From: Desulfotalea psychrophila LSv54
Lineage (GTDB): Bacteria > Desulfobacterota > Desulfobulbia > Desulfobulbales > Desulfocapsaceae
Assembly: GCF_000025945.1 (NCBI RefSeq)
Contig: NC_006138.1
Span: forward strand, 390,001-422,000
DNA: 32,000 bases
Reading direction: 5' to 3'
Shown: positions 7,397 through 16,273 of the stretch, in pieces
Layout: every line of letters starts with the position of its first letter
Numbering within the stretch: position 1 is the first letter of the stretch
Notes under the pieces: model-generated
The model's input: the letters and a program-made list of their open reading frames with translations, nothing else
Database searches by the model: none
Told to the model about the DNA's origin: nothing
Made by a program: the position numbers and the translations under genes

Positions 7397-9190
7397 TCAA
7401 AGATCAACACTTCGCGTTAAACTCATCACAATAAAGGTGATGTCATCTTGAGGGGCTATCCCATCCATAAACAGCCCTATTTCACCGTTTATTGCCTCTG
7501 TAATTTCCTCAGGGCTCTCATCCTTGTGGGCCGATAAAACATCTTTCACCCGATCCTTACCAAACATTTCGCCAAGGGCATTCTGGGCCTCCCAAGCACC
7601 ATCACTGCCAATAACAAGCAGCTGTTTTTGCGGGAGCATATCTATGGTATTACAGTGATAGCGAAAGGATTCTGCCACTCCCATGGCGATACCGGCCCCC
7701 TTCAACTCTGCAAAGATATCACTCTCAGGGGTGTAGAGCCAGGCTGGATCATGCCCGGCCCTGACCCAGCTAATCTCGCCGAGGTTCTTGTCGACAATGA
7801 GATAGAACAGGGTCACGAAGTTTGATGATGCCACCGTATCACGGCACAGTACCCGGTTTACATCATTCATAATTTCATCCAGGCGCCCCGATTGCTCACT
7901 TCTGGTTCTTAACATAGCGCGGATAGTTGCCATCAGTAATGCCGCCCCTATACCATGACCTACGACATCCCCTACTATTGCCCCGACCCTTGTGCCATCC
8001 TCATCGAAAAAAATCAGATCATAAAAATCTCCACCGGTTTCATTACAGTAATGAGTTGAAGCAAAAATGGTCAGAGCCTCATCGCTGTATCGGGAGTCTG
8101 GCAGAAGGGTCTGCTGGACTTCCCGCGCAATTTCCATGGCTTTTTGCAACTCTAAACCCTGTCGCAACTGGCGAGTCATCTTATTGAAATTTTTAGTGAG
8201 CTCACCGATCTCATCATCGGATTTAACCGGCAAGACCTCTCCAAAAACACCATTAGCCAGATTCTCGGCAGCTCCAGACAAACTCTTAACGGCATCGGTT
8301 ATTTGAGCGGTTGCAGATCTGATAAAGGCAAGAATAAGCAAAAGAGAGAGGGTAAATGCTAAAATATAAAAAAAACTGAATCTGACAACAGGCTGGAGCA
8401 TTTCTTCCCCTGGAGCAATAACAACCAGAGAGAGGGGTAAGTCACTCAACTGATAAAAACCGGCAATTTCTTTCGGCGGATTCCCCTCGCCAAAAACGGT
8501 GCCATAGAGTTCCTGCTGAAGCAGAGAAAATGTTTCCCTTTCAAGCAGCTTACCACTGCCAAAACGCCTATTAGCCACAATATCAGGGGACTGACTCATT
8601 GAGCCGGAGTGAGCAACCACATTCCCTTGCCCATCAATAAGAAAAACACTATTACTTACCCATCGATCCATCTCCTTCAACCGTCTCATCAAATCTGTAA
8701 TACCAATGTCTACTCGAATATTTCCAAGCTTTTCCCCTTCCGGTTTGGAAAAATCCATGATGATGGAAATAGTTGAAGGTGCTAAGTCCCAGCGATAAAC
8801 GGGATCTGCAAAGTCCAAGAGTTCACCACTCCGGTCCATCCCCCCCATAAGACCCATGCGTGAAGGCCCCCTATGACGAGCAAAAACACTCTCCCCCTCA
8901 ACCCTGACATTATCGACACCCTCTAACTCCCTTAACTGATCAAGGGTGAATTGAAAGGTCGAACTTCTTGAGCTATGTTCAAGGGCCCAAAGCAGGCTCT
9001 TTGGCTGAGAAATTCGCATATCTATGAGATGGGCTGCCCTCTGTAAATTGGCTATTGCTGTTTCACTCCACAGCGTCATCAGGCTCTGCCGGGTAAATAT
9101 GTAACCACCCCAACCCATGCCTATGAGTAACAAAAATGTTGGCAACAAAACTAAGATCGCTGTCCGTTGCTGGAGTGTTTTCATGCGCAT
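7397..9190 (-). CDS. PP2C-family SpoIIE/RsbU-type serine phosphatase with periplasmic sensor and HAMP domain
   Basis: 597 aa; two TMs flank a periplasmic region; HAMP-like ITDAVKSLSGAAENLANGVFGEVLPVKSDDEIGELTKNFNKM; phosphatase motifs GGDFYDL, VGDVVGHGIGAALLMAT, DGAWE, DDITFIVM. Confidence 0.9.
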   Translation of the reverse strand: MRMKTLQQRTAILVLLPTFLLLIGMGWGGYIFTRQSLMTLWSETAIANLQRAAHLIDMRISQPKSLLWALEHSSRSSTFQFTLDQLRELEGVDNVRVEGESVFARHRGPSRMGLMGGMDRSGELLDFADPVYRWDLAPSTISIIMDFSKPEGEKLGNIRVDIGITDLMRRLKEMDRWVSNSVFLIDGQGNVVAHSGSMSQSPDIVANRRFGSGKLLERETFSLLQQELYGTVFGEGNPPKEIAGFYQLSDLPLSLVVIAPGEEMLQPVVRFSFFYILAFTLSLLLILAFIRSATAQITDAVKSLSGAAENLANGVFGEVLPVKSDDEIGELTKNFNKMTRQLRQGLELQKAMEIAREVQQTLLPDSRYSDEALTIFASTHYCNETGGDFYDLIFFDEDGTRVGAIVGDVVGHGIGAALLMATIRAMLRTRSEQSGRLDEIMNDVNRVLCRDTVASSNFVTLFYLIVDKNLGEISWVRAGHDPAWLYTPESDIFAELKGAGIAMGVAESFRYHCNTIDMLPQKQLLVIGSDGAWEAQNALGEMFGKDRVKDVLSAHKDESPEEITEAINGEIGLFMDGIAPQDDITFIVMSLTRSVDL

Positions 9191-9282
9191 ATTTGCCCTC
9201 TCTTAAAAGGAAGTCTCAAACAGATGGGGAGGGGGTGAGGAGGGGATAGTCCCCACCCATTTTTCGAGCAGGGAAGAGCTCA

Positions 9283-9711
9283 CTACATTTTATGATAAGG
9301 ATACCAGAATTTGACGGTATGAACACCGGCCTCATCCTTAAACTGACAGATCACACCCCAGTCCCCCATCTCATCAACAACAAATTTTGCGGCGTAATTA
9401 CCACCGGGATAGCTGTCAAGATTAAGGACCTGACTCTTCTTAGATGGGGAGATGACCTTTACCTTACCAACAAGGCCGGTCATATTTTTTCCATCTTTCT
9501 TAAATACTGCCATGATATGATGGGTATTGCCATCGGGGTCGGTCATATTCATACTGGCCAGACTCATCACCTCAAACTCTGCCATAACACCATCCACCGT
9601 GGCCTTATGGCTAAAGGTCTCACCCTTCATATCCATTGCCACAGCACTTCCAGCCAGCAAAAGCACCATCAACATCGTTAACATTTTAAAATATTTCACA
9701 ACTACCTCCAT
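9283..9711 (-). CDS. Small periplasmic protein of unknown function, last gene of the metal-efflux operon
   Basis: 142 aa; signal-peptide-like N-terminus (MLTMLMVLLLAGSAVAMDMKG); starts 2 bp after the CusA stop on the same strand. Confidence 0.65.
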   Translation of the reverse strand: MEVVVKYFKMLTMLMVLLLAGSAVAMDMKGETFSHKATVDGVMAEFEVMSLASMNMTDPDGNTHHIMAVFKKDGKNMTGLVGKVKVISPSKKSQVLNLDSYPGGNYAAKFVVDEMGDWGVICQFKDEAGVHTVKFWYPYHKM

Positions 9712-9713
9712 TT

Positions 9714-12700
9714 TTAAGAAGACTCTTGGTCTAAATGATCTTTTTTCGCCTCAACACCGCCCACCTGGGCCCTGTCCGACAAACCTCTGCCCCGCCACCA
9801 ACCGTAGACAACAGGGAGAATAAAAAGGGTAAGAAGAGTTGAACTGAGCATGCCCCCAATCATAGGAGTTGCTATTCTCTTCATTACCTCTGAACCAGTG
9901 CCGCTACTCCACATGATAGGAGCAAGCCCTGCAATAATAGCCACAACGGTCATAATCTTCGGCCGTACCCGCTGGGCAGCACCCTCCTCAATGGCCTGTT
10001 CCAGATGCGCTTTAGAAAACCTCTCTCCAAATTTCTCCCTATATTGGCGATAGCTAATATCGAGATATATCAGCATGACAACACCCGTCTCTGTTGCCAC
10101 CCCGGCAAGGGCAATAAATCCTACGGCAACGGCAACACTCATATTATAGCCAAGCAGATCCATCAGCCACAGCCCACCCACTAAAGAGAAGGGCACAGAG
10201 AGCATGACGATCAGGCTCTCCCCCAGGGTTCTAAAATTCAAATAGAGGAGGAGGAAGATGAGGAGCAGGGTGGCGGGGACAACCATCATCATCTTAGCCT
10301 TGGCCCTGGCCATATACTCATACTGACCGGACCAGACAACTGAATAGCCCGGAGGCAGACTCAGCCCCTCGGCAACAGCCGCCCTTGCCTCCTGCACATA
10401 GCTACCGATATCGACACCTGCAATATCCACATAGACAAGGGCATTGGTACGGGCGTTCTCACTCTTTATCGCCGCCGGCCCCTTTTTGATAACTATGGTA
10501 GCAACCTGCCTCATGGGTATCTGGGCCCCACCGGGCGTGGCAATAAGTACCTCCCCTAAGGTCTCGGGACTGTCTCTCAGATCTCTGGCATAGCGGACAT
10601 TTATAGGGTAACGCTGCAGGCCTTCCACCGTTGTTGCCACATTCATGCCACCAATGGCACCGCTGATTGCCTCCTGCACATCTCCCACCGTCAGGCCATA
10701 GCGGGCAGCAGCCTGCCGATCTATATTAAAATCAAGATAGTTGCCGCCGGTCACCCGCTCCGCATAAACACTCACCGTCCCCGGCACCTCACCCAAAATC
10801 ACCTCAACCTCCTTACCAAGATCTGCCAGCACCTCCAGGTCATTGCCCATAAGTTTCAGACCAACAGGGGTCTTGATCCCCGTTGACAGCATATCTATAC
10901 GGGCCGTAATGGGCATGGTCCAGGCATTGGTCACCCCAGGAAACTGGATGGCCTTATCCATCTCGGCCACCAATTTTTCCGTGGTCATTCCCTCCCGCCA
11001 CTGGGACTTTGGCTTAAGTACTATTGTGGTTTCAAGCATGGAAAGCGGGGCAGGATCGGTTGCACTTTCCACCCGACCGGCCTTACCGGCAACAGTTGCC
11101 ACCTCGGGAAAGGATTTAATGATCTTATCCGTCTGCTGGACAAGTTCCCTGGCCTTTGCTATGGAAATTCCCGGCAGGGTTGTCGGCATATAGAGCAGAT
11201 CACCCTCATCCAGTGGCGGCATAAACTCTGAGCCTATCCTCTGATAGGGGATATAAACTGTTGCCATCAGCAGGAGGGCAATGACCACAACTGTTTTCTT
11301 AGCACCGAGGGCCCATCTGATAGCCGGATCATAGATCCAGATAAGAAATCGATTTATTGGATTTTTATGCTCGGGCATAATCTTACCGCGAATCATATAA
11401 CCCATAAGCACAGGGACAAGGGTCACCGCCAAAAAGGCCGCGCCGGCCATGGCATATGTCTTTGTATAGGCAAGCGGCTTAAAGAGGCGACCCTCCTGAG
11501 CTTCCAGAGCAAAGACAGGCAGAAAACTGACGGCGATAATAAGCAGAGAGAAAAAGAGGGCCGGCCCTACCTCTAATGAGGCGTCCTTTACCAACTCCCA
11601 GTGACTGCGTCTGCCATCATCGTGCTCCATATGTTTATGAACATTTTCAATCATGACAATGGCGGCATCAACCATTGCCCCCACAGCAATGGCAATGCCG
11701 CCGAGACTCATGATATTGGCATTAATTCCCTGCCTCTCCATGAGAATAAAACTTATAAAAATACCGATGGGCAGAGTTATAATCCCCACCAGAGCACTGC
11801 GCAGATGGGCCAGAAAAATAAGACAGACCAGGGCAACAATGAGACTCTCTTCAAGCAGAGTGGTCCTGAGGTTTTTCACCGCACTGAGAATGAGGTTAGA
11901 GCGATCGTAAACAGCCTCTATCTTCACCCCGGCAGGCAGACCGGGCTGGATCTCCTCCAACCGCTTTTTCACCCTCTCGATAACCTGAAGGGCATTTTCA
12001 CCGTAGCGCATCACCACAATGCCCCCCACGGTCTCCCCCTCACCGTTAAAGTCCAGAACGCCACGCCTGATCTCAGGGCCTATCTGCACCTGAGCAATGT
12101 TCTTTATGAGAATTGGCGTGCCACGGGAATCAACACCAAGACCTATGTTTTCAATGTCCTCCAGTGATTTTATATAGCCAATGCCGCGCACCATAAACTC
12201 GGTTTCGCCCATCTCTATGACCCGACCGCCAACATCATTATTGGATCGCTGAATAGCCCTGCGTACCTGTCGCAGGGAGATATTATAGGCGCGTAATTTA
12301 TTAGGATCGACCACAACCTGATACTGCTTAACAAAGCCACCGATGGAGGCCACCTCCGACACACCCGGCACACTCATCAACTCATAACGCAAAAACCAAT
12401 CCTGAATGGAGCGCAGCTGTTGCAAATCGTGTTTATCACTCTGCAAAACATACTGATAGACCCAGCCCACCCCCGTCGCATCCGGGCCCAGGGTCGGGGT
12501 CACATTGGCCGGTAGGCTGCCCGAAACATAGTTCAGGGCCTCCATTACCCGGCTACGCGCCCAGTACAGATCCGTACCATCAGCAAAGATGACGTAAACA
12601 AAACTCATGCCAAAGAAGGAGAATCCACGCACCGTTTTAGCGTAGGGCACGGCCAGCATAGCGGTGGTAAGCGGATAGGTCACCTGATCCTCCACCACCT

Positions 12701-12875
12701 GGGGCGACTGACCGACATAGTCGGTGAAGACAATGACCTGAACATCGGACAGATCGGGAATTGCGTCCAGGGGAATGCGTAGCATTGACCAAAGGCCTGC
12801 AACTACAATAATGAGGGTAAAGAGGAGTACCAAAACTCTGTTTTTAATAGAAATGGAAATCAGTGATCGTATCAT
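9714..12875 (-). CDS. cusA: CusA/CzcA-family heavy-metal efflux RND pump (HME family; Cu/Ag type suggested)
   Basis: 1053 aa; DVQVIVFTDYVGQSPQVVEDQVTYPLTTAML, GVWVYQYVLQ-like, DPAPLSMLETTIVLKPKSQWREGM, ARIDMLSTGIKTPVGLKLMG and FVALAGVATETGVVMLIYL motifs typical of CusA. Confidence 0.95.
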   Translation of the reverse strand: MIRSLISISIKNRVLVLLFTLIIVVAGLWSMLRIPLDAIPDLSDVQVIVFTDYVGQSPQVVEDQVTYPLTTAMLAVPYAKTVRGFSFFGMSFVYVIFADGTDLYWARSRVMEALNYVSGSLPANVTPTLGPDATGVGWVYQYVLQSDKHDLQQLRSIQDWFLRYELMSVPGVSEVASIGGFVKQYQVVVDPNKLRAYNISLRQVRRAIQRSNNDVGGRVIEMGETEFMVRGIGYIKSLEDIENIGLGVDSRGTPILIKNIAQVQIGPEIRRGVLDFNGEGETVGGIVVMRYGENALQVIERVKKRLEEIQPGLPAGVKIEAVYDRSNLILSAVKNLRTTLLEESLIVALVCLIFLAHLRSALVGIITLPIGIFISFILMERQGINANIMSLGGIAIAVGAMVDAAIVMIENVHKHMEHDDGRRSHWELVKDASLEVGPALFFSLLIIAVSFLPVFALEAQEGRLFKPLAYTKTYAMAGAAFLAVTLVPVLMGYMIRGKIMPEHKNPINRFLIWIYDPAIRWALGAKKTVVVIALLLMATVYIPYQRIGSEFMPPLDEGDLLYMPTTLPGISIAKARELVQQTDKIIKSFPEVATVAGKAGRVESATDPAPLSMLETTIVLKPKSQWREGMTTEKLVAEMDKAIQFPGVTNAWTMPITARIDMLSTGIKTPVGLKLMGNDLEVLADLGKEVEVILGEVPGTVSVYAERVTGGNYLDFNIDRQAAARYGLTVGDVQEAISGAIGGMNVATTVEGLQRYPINVRYARDLRDSPETLGEVLIATPGGAQIPMRQVATIVIKKGPAAIKSENARTNALVYVDIAGVDIGSYVQEARAAVAEGLSLPPGYSVVWSGQYEYMARAKAKMMMVVPATLLLIFLLLYLNFRTLGESLIVMLSVPFSLVGGLWLMDLLGYNMSVAVAVGFIALAGVATETGVVMLIYLDISYRQYREKFGERFSKAHLEQAIEEGAAQRVRPKIMTVVAIIAGLAPIMWSSGTGSEVMKRIATPMIGGMLSSTLLTLFILPVVYGWWRGRGLSDRAQVGGVEAKKDHLDQESS

Positions 12876-12877
12876 AG

Positions 12878-14242
12878 CTATTGCCCCTTGGCTTGATCTT
12901 CCATTGTCATATCAGACATATCAAAAGAGTCATCCATCCCTTCATCGCTCATATCAAAATCCGCCGCCGGTGCAGGTTGCTCCTCTGGCTCCAGCATTTT
13001 CTGGATGGCCTCCTGCAGGCGGGATTCTGAATCGAGTAAAAATTGAGACGAGGTGACTATTTTTTCGCCGGCCTCAAGACCTGTGAGCACCTGGACGAGA
13101 TGGTTTTCTCCCGTCACCCCAAGTTTAACGGTACGCGGCTCAAAGACACCTCCCTCCTTTGCCACAAAGACAATCTGACGAAGGCCAGAATCAATGACAG
13201 CCTCCTGAGGGATGAGGAGGGCCTTGTCGGCAATCTTTGCCTGCAGATAGACATTGGCATACATAGCCGGCTTAAACTTGTTTTCAGGGTTCTTAAAGCT
13301 CAGTCGCAGCCCAGCTGTGCGCGTTTTGGCGTCCAGATAGGGATAGATAAAAAGCACCTCGCCCTGAAACCTCTGCCCGGGAAAGGCCACTAACTCCATC
13401 TCAGCTTTCATCCCCTCCTGCACATAGGACAAATCGGATTCATAGACATCAACGTCCAGCCACACGGTACTCAGATCGGCAACCTGATACTGGCTCATGC
13501 CCGGCTTAACAAAAGATCCCTGGCGGACGTTCTTCTGAACAACAACCCCGGTAACAGGCGAATAGAAGGTAATATTTTTCAGGGGCCTGCCACGGGCAGC
13601 GATCTTTTTCCGCTGATCTTTTCCTATATCAAGATAGTCCAAACGTTGCTGGCTGGCTCGGAGCAGACTTTCGGCATTTTGCCTGGCGAGCTTCAGCCCC
13701 TCTCCCCGCTGCTTCTTAAAATATCGGGCCTGAGCCACGGCAAGCAGATACTCCTGTTGAGCAGCGACTACGAGGGGGCTGTATATGGTGAAAAGCGCCT
13801 CCCCCTTCGATACTTTTTTGCCGATAAAGTCCACATAGACCTGATCGATCCAACCCTCAAACTTAGTATTCACATCGTAGACACGACTCTCGTCATAACT
13901 GACCCGGCCAAGGGCGCGGATTGTCTTTGCCAGAGGCGCACTCCGGACAAAGCCGTAACGCACACCCATATTTTGTACGGTGACAGGATCTATGCGAATG
14001 CTTGAGGTAGGCAACTTCTCTCCCCCCTCTTGCCGATAGACGGGAACAAGGTCCATGCCCATGGGGGATTTCCCCGGTGTCTTACGAATATAGGCCGGAT
14101 CCATGGGCGCAACCCAATATTCAATAACCTTGCCTGTTGCGGGATCAACATCACCCGCCTTCAGCCCCTCGGCAGCCTGGACTGCCGATGCCAGGATAAG
14201 AAAAAAGAGGAGAACGGTTTTTATAATAATTCGCATGATCAT
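12878..14242 (-). CDS. cusB: CusB-family periplasmic adaptor (membrane fusion protein)
   Basis: 454 aa; YWVAPMDPAYIRKTPGKSPMGMDLVPVY heavy-metal-binding segment, GWIDQVYVDFIGKKVSKGEALFTIYSPLVVAAQQEYL; 2 bp gap to cusA. Confidence 0.93.
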   Translation of the reverse strand: MIMRIIIKTVLLFFLILASAVQAAEGLKAGDVDPATGKVIEYWVAPMDPAYIRKTPGKSPMGMDLVPVYRQEGGEKLPTSSIRIDPVTVQNMGVRYGFVRSAPLAKTIRALGRVSYDESRVYDVNTKFEGWIDQVYVDFIGKKVSKGEALFTIYSPLVVAAQQEYLLAVAQARYFKKQRGEGLKLARQNAESLLRASQQRLDYLDIGKDQRKKIAARGRPLKNITFYSPVTGVVVQKNVRQGSFVKPGMSQYQVADLSTVWLDVDVYESDLSYVQEGMKAEMELVAFPGQRFQGEVLFIYPYLDAKTRTAGLRLSFKNPENKFKPAMYANVYLQAKIADKALLIPQEAVIDSGLRQIVFVAKEGGVFEPRTVKLGVTGENHLVQVLTGLEAGEKIVTSSQFLLDSESRLQEAIQKMLEPEEQPAPAADFDMSDEGMDDSFDMSDMTMEDQAKGQ

Positions 14243-15531
14243 ACCTCTCTGCCAATGGACACAGGCTGGCCGACAAGTTCTTCCAGCTCAGCGTTTTTTT
14301 TGTATATTTTGTAGAGATACCTCTTGGCAGCGAGCTTAACCTTCTCCTGCTTTATCTCTGCATTAAGCATGGTTAAAAACTCAACGCTGCCAACGGAATA
14401 GGCGGCAAGGGAGGCCCGGGCCAACTGCTCTGCCTGCATCTCTATGCCCTTGCTATAGAGTCTGTAATTTTTAAAAGATTCGTTAATGACGGTGACAAGC
14501 CCGTCAACACGATGGGGCAAACTCTTTTCCAGAGATTCCAGGGTATAGCGAGCAGAACGAACCCTCCGCTTACTCCCGCCAAGTTGGCTATCCTGCCGCC
14601 TACTCTGCCAGAGAGGAACGGTAAAGGTGATGCCCGCGGAGACAAAATCAGAACGCGGCATAGTATCGCTGCTATCCCGCTGACCATAGGCGAGGCGTAA
14701 ATCCATATTGGGCATATAGGCCTTCTCTGCCAATTTGACCTTATTTTTGGCAATGATAATGGCAAGTTTCTGGCTCACCACCGAGGGATTCCGCTCCAGT
14801 GATTGCGCAACTAAGCTTTCCTGGTTCAGGGATAACTGATCATCCAAGGTATAGGCAGGTGCCGTCCCGCGATAGAGATCATCCCGATCGAGCAAATTGC
14901 CAATGCGATCCTGCAGGCTATTGCGTTCAATTCCCAGGCTGATCTTATCATTTTGCAACTCCGAGAGCTGCACCTGGGCAAAGAGGACATCCTGCTGCAG
15001 GCCCTTACCTGCGGCATATCTTGTTTCACTAACCACCAACAGCTGCCTTACCAGCTTATGTATCTGCTCATTTGATTTTAACTTTTCCTGAACAAGAGCC
15101 AGATCATACCAGGCAAGCTTGAGATCTCTAGCCACAGAGAGCCTCTTCGCCCGGGTCAACTCCTCCTGTTGCCGAGCCCGCAGTTCAGCATTTTTCTCCT
15201 TAAGGCTGAGAACACCGAACCATGGCAGGCCCTGAGCTATTCCCAGCTGCTTTTGAGTCATATTCTCCTGTCTAAAGGAAAAGCTATCCGTTGGCAGATT
15301 AACAAGGGCCAGGGTTATTCGAGGGTCAGAGAGGGAACCCGCAGAGGGGGCCTCAAGTTGCAATGCCCTGGTCTTTTCTTCAAGACTTGCTATCTCAAGA
15401 TTGTGCGACAGGGCCTCCTTAAGCAGGAGGTGCAAATGGTCAACAGGGGTTTCCGCCTGAGCAAGGGTTAAGAGATTAAGAAGACAAAAAAGAGTTGCAG
15501 GTAATAGGAAGAACTTCTTATTTCTCAACAT
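14239..15531 (-). CDS. CusC/TolC-family outer membrane efflux protein
   Basis: Track ORF starts at 15669, but MLRNKKFFLLPATLFCLLNLLTLAQAETP (ATG 15531, alternative 15537) is the more plausible signal-peptide start. OEP-type helical repeats; stop overlaps the cusB start. Confidence 0.85.
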   Translation of the reverse strand: MLRNKKFFLLPATLFCLLNLLTLAQAETPVDHLHLLLKEALSHNLEIASLEEKTRALQLEAPSAGSLSDPRITLALVNLPTDSFSFRQENMTQKQLGIAQGLPWFGVLSLKEKNAELRARQQEELTRAKRLSVARDLKLAWYDLALVQEKLKSNEQIHKLVRQLLVVSETRYAAGKGLQQDVLFAQVQLSELQNDKISLGIERNSLQDRIGNLLDRDDLYRGTAPAYTLDDQLSLNQESLVAQSLERNPSVVSQKLAIIIAKNKVKLAEKAYMPNMDLRLAYGQRDSSDTMPRSDFVSAGITFTVPLWQSRRQDSQLGGSKRRVRSARYTLESLEKSLPHRVDGLVTVINESFKNYRLYSKGIEMQAEQLARASLAAYSVGSVEFLTMLNAEIKQEKVKLAAKRYLYKIYKKNAELEELVGQPVSIGREV

Positions 15532-15655
15532 ATTCATTAACCCATTTCTAAGATCATTAAATAACAACAAAACATCCCAGCCCTTTATTTCGGGAAAAAG
15601 GGTCAAATGCCAAACAGCCCTCCTGCACCCATCAATCCCACGAAGAGGAGACTGC

Positions 15656-15973
15656 CTATTTTTTCTCATCCATCATCAGACCATCTTCATTGAGCATGTT
15701 GTTGTCGTTCATCTGGCCATTTCCATTCATCATGTGATCGTTTCCATTCATCATGTGATCGTTTCCATTCATCATGTGATCGTTTCCGTTCATCTGCCCC
15801 TTACCATCCATCTGCGGACAAGCATCCATCTGACCGTCCATATGGGTCTTACCATCCATCATATGGCCGTTCATCATGTGATCCTTATCCGAGTTAGTCC
15901 CCTGAGCCAGAACAGCACCAACGCCCAGGACAAGACTTACCGACAAAACCATTCCAATAATTACCTTTTTCAT
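15656..15973 (-). CDS. Small Met/His/Asn/Asp-rich periplasmic protein, putative Cu/Ag-binding protein
   Basis: 105 aa; signal peptide MKKVIIGMVLSVSLVLGVGAVLAQG followed by NDHMMNG repeats; strong RBS (AGGAGAACAGAATG). Confidence 0.8.
   Translation of the reverse strand: MKKVIIGMVLSVSLVLGVGAVLAQGTNSDKDHMMNGHMMDGKTHMDGQMDACPQMDGKGQMNGNDHMMNGNDHMMNGNDHMMNGNGQMNDNNMLNEDGLMMDEKK
15723..15785. repeat. Three perfect 21 bp tandem repeats (CCATTCATCATGTGATCGTTT) encoding NDHMMNG
   Basis: Exact copies at 15723-15743, 15744-15764 and 15765-15785, with a degenerate flanking unit. Confidence 0.95.
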
Positions 15974-16030
15974 TCTGTTCTCCTATTTTTATTAGTCTTT
16001 CTCTACAATCAAGATCATGTCTCCTATAAA

Positions 16031-16045
16031 GCAAGAGGCTTGCCA
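16031..16045 (-). promoter_or_regulatory. Candidate sigma-54 (RpoN) -24/-12 promoter for the metal-efflux operon
   Basis: Reverse complement reads TGGCAAGCCTCTTGC(TTT), against consensus TGGCAC-N5-TTGC: one mismatch and exact spacing. About 45 nt upstream of the predicted transcription start-proximal gene (ATG 15973). Confidence 0.7.
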
Positions 16046-16105
16046 AAAAAAGATCTAAAAATTTAAAACTGTAATCCACTGATACGACACAATATTAAAC
16101 AAACT

Positions 16106-16140
16106 CCCCTGTCTTTAACAAAAGACAAAAGTAACAGGGG
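16106..16140. promoter_or_regulatory. Candidate enhancer/UAS inverted repeat CCCCTGT-N21-ACAGGGG in the divergent intergenic region
   Basis: Arms at 16106-16112 and 16134-16140, about 60-95 bp upstream of the sigma-54 match. Confidence 0.35.
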
Positions 16141-16273
16141 CTCTAAAAACAGGACAGTCTGCGATGAACAACTGCCTAACTTTTAGACACTTGTTTTTAA
16201 TGAATACATACTCTAACTTAATAGAATACGATGTGGAGAGACAAAGATCAAATCTGTGAAAGAGGCAAGAATC

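Noticed and set aside
9213-9265. G/C-rich inverted segment (GGGGAGGGGGTGAGGAGGGGATAGTCCCCACCC) considered as terminator or G-quadruplex
   Set aside because: Pairing is ambiguous, T-run is on the strand opposite the flanking genes; not strong enough to call.
11601-12167. 188 aa + strand ORF
   Set aside because: Lies entirely antisense within cusA, whose protein is well supported by motifs.
15718-15795. Short tandem repeats as a possible CRISPR
   Set aside because: The 21 bp units are head-to-tail with no spacers and are in frame within a coding gene.
15734-16066. 110 aa + strand ORF with VIVSIHHV repeats
   Set aside because: Antisense reading of the 21 bp repeats in the Met-rich protein gene.
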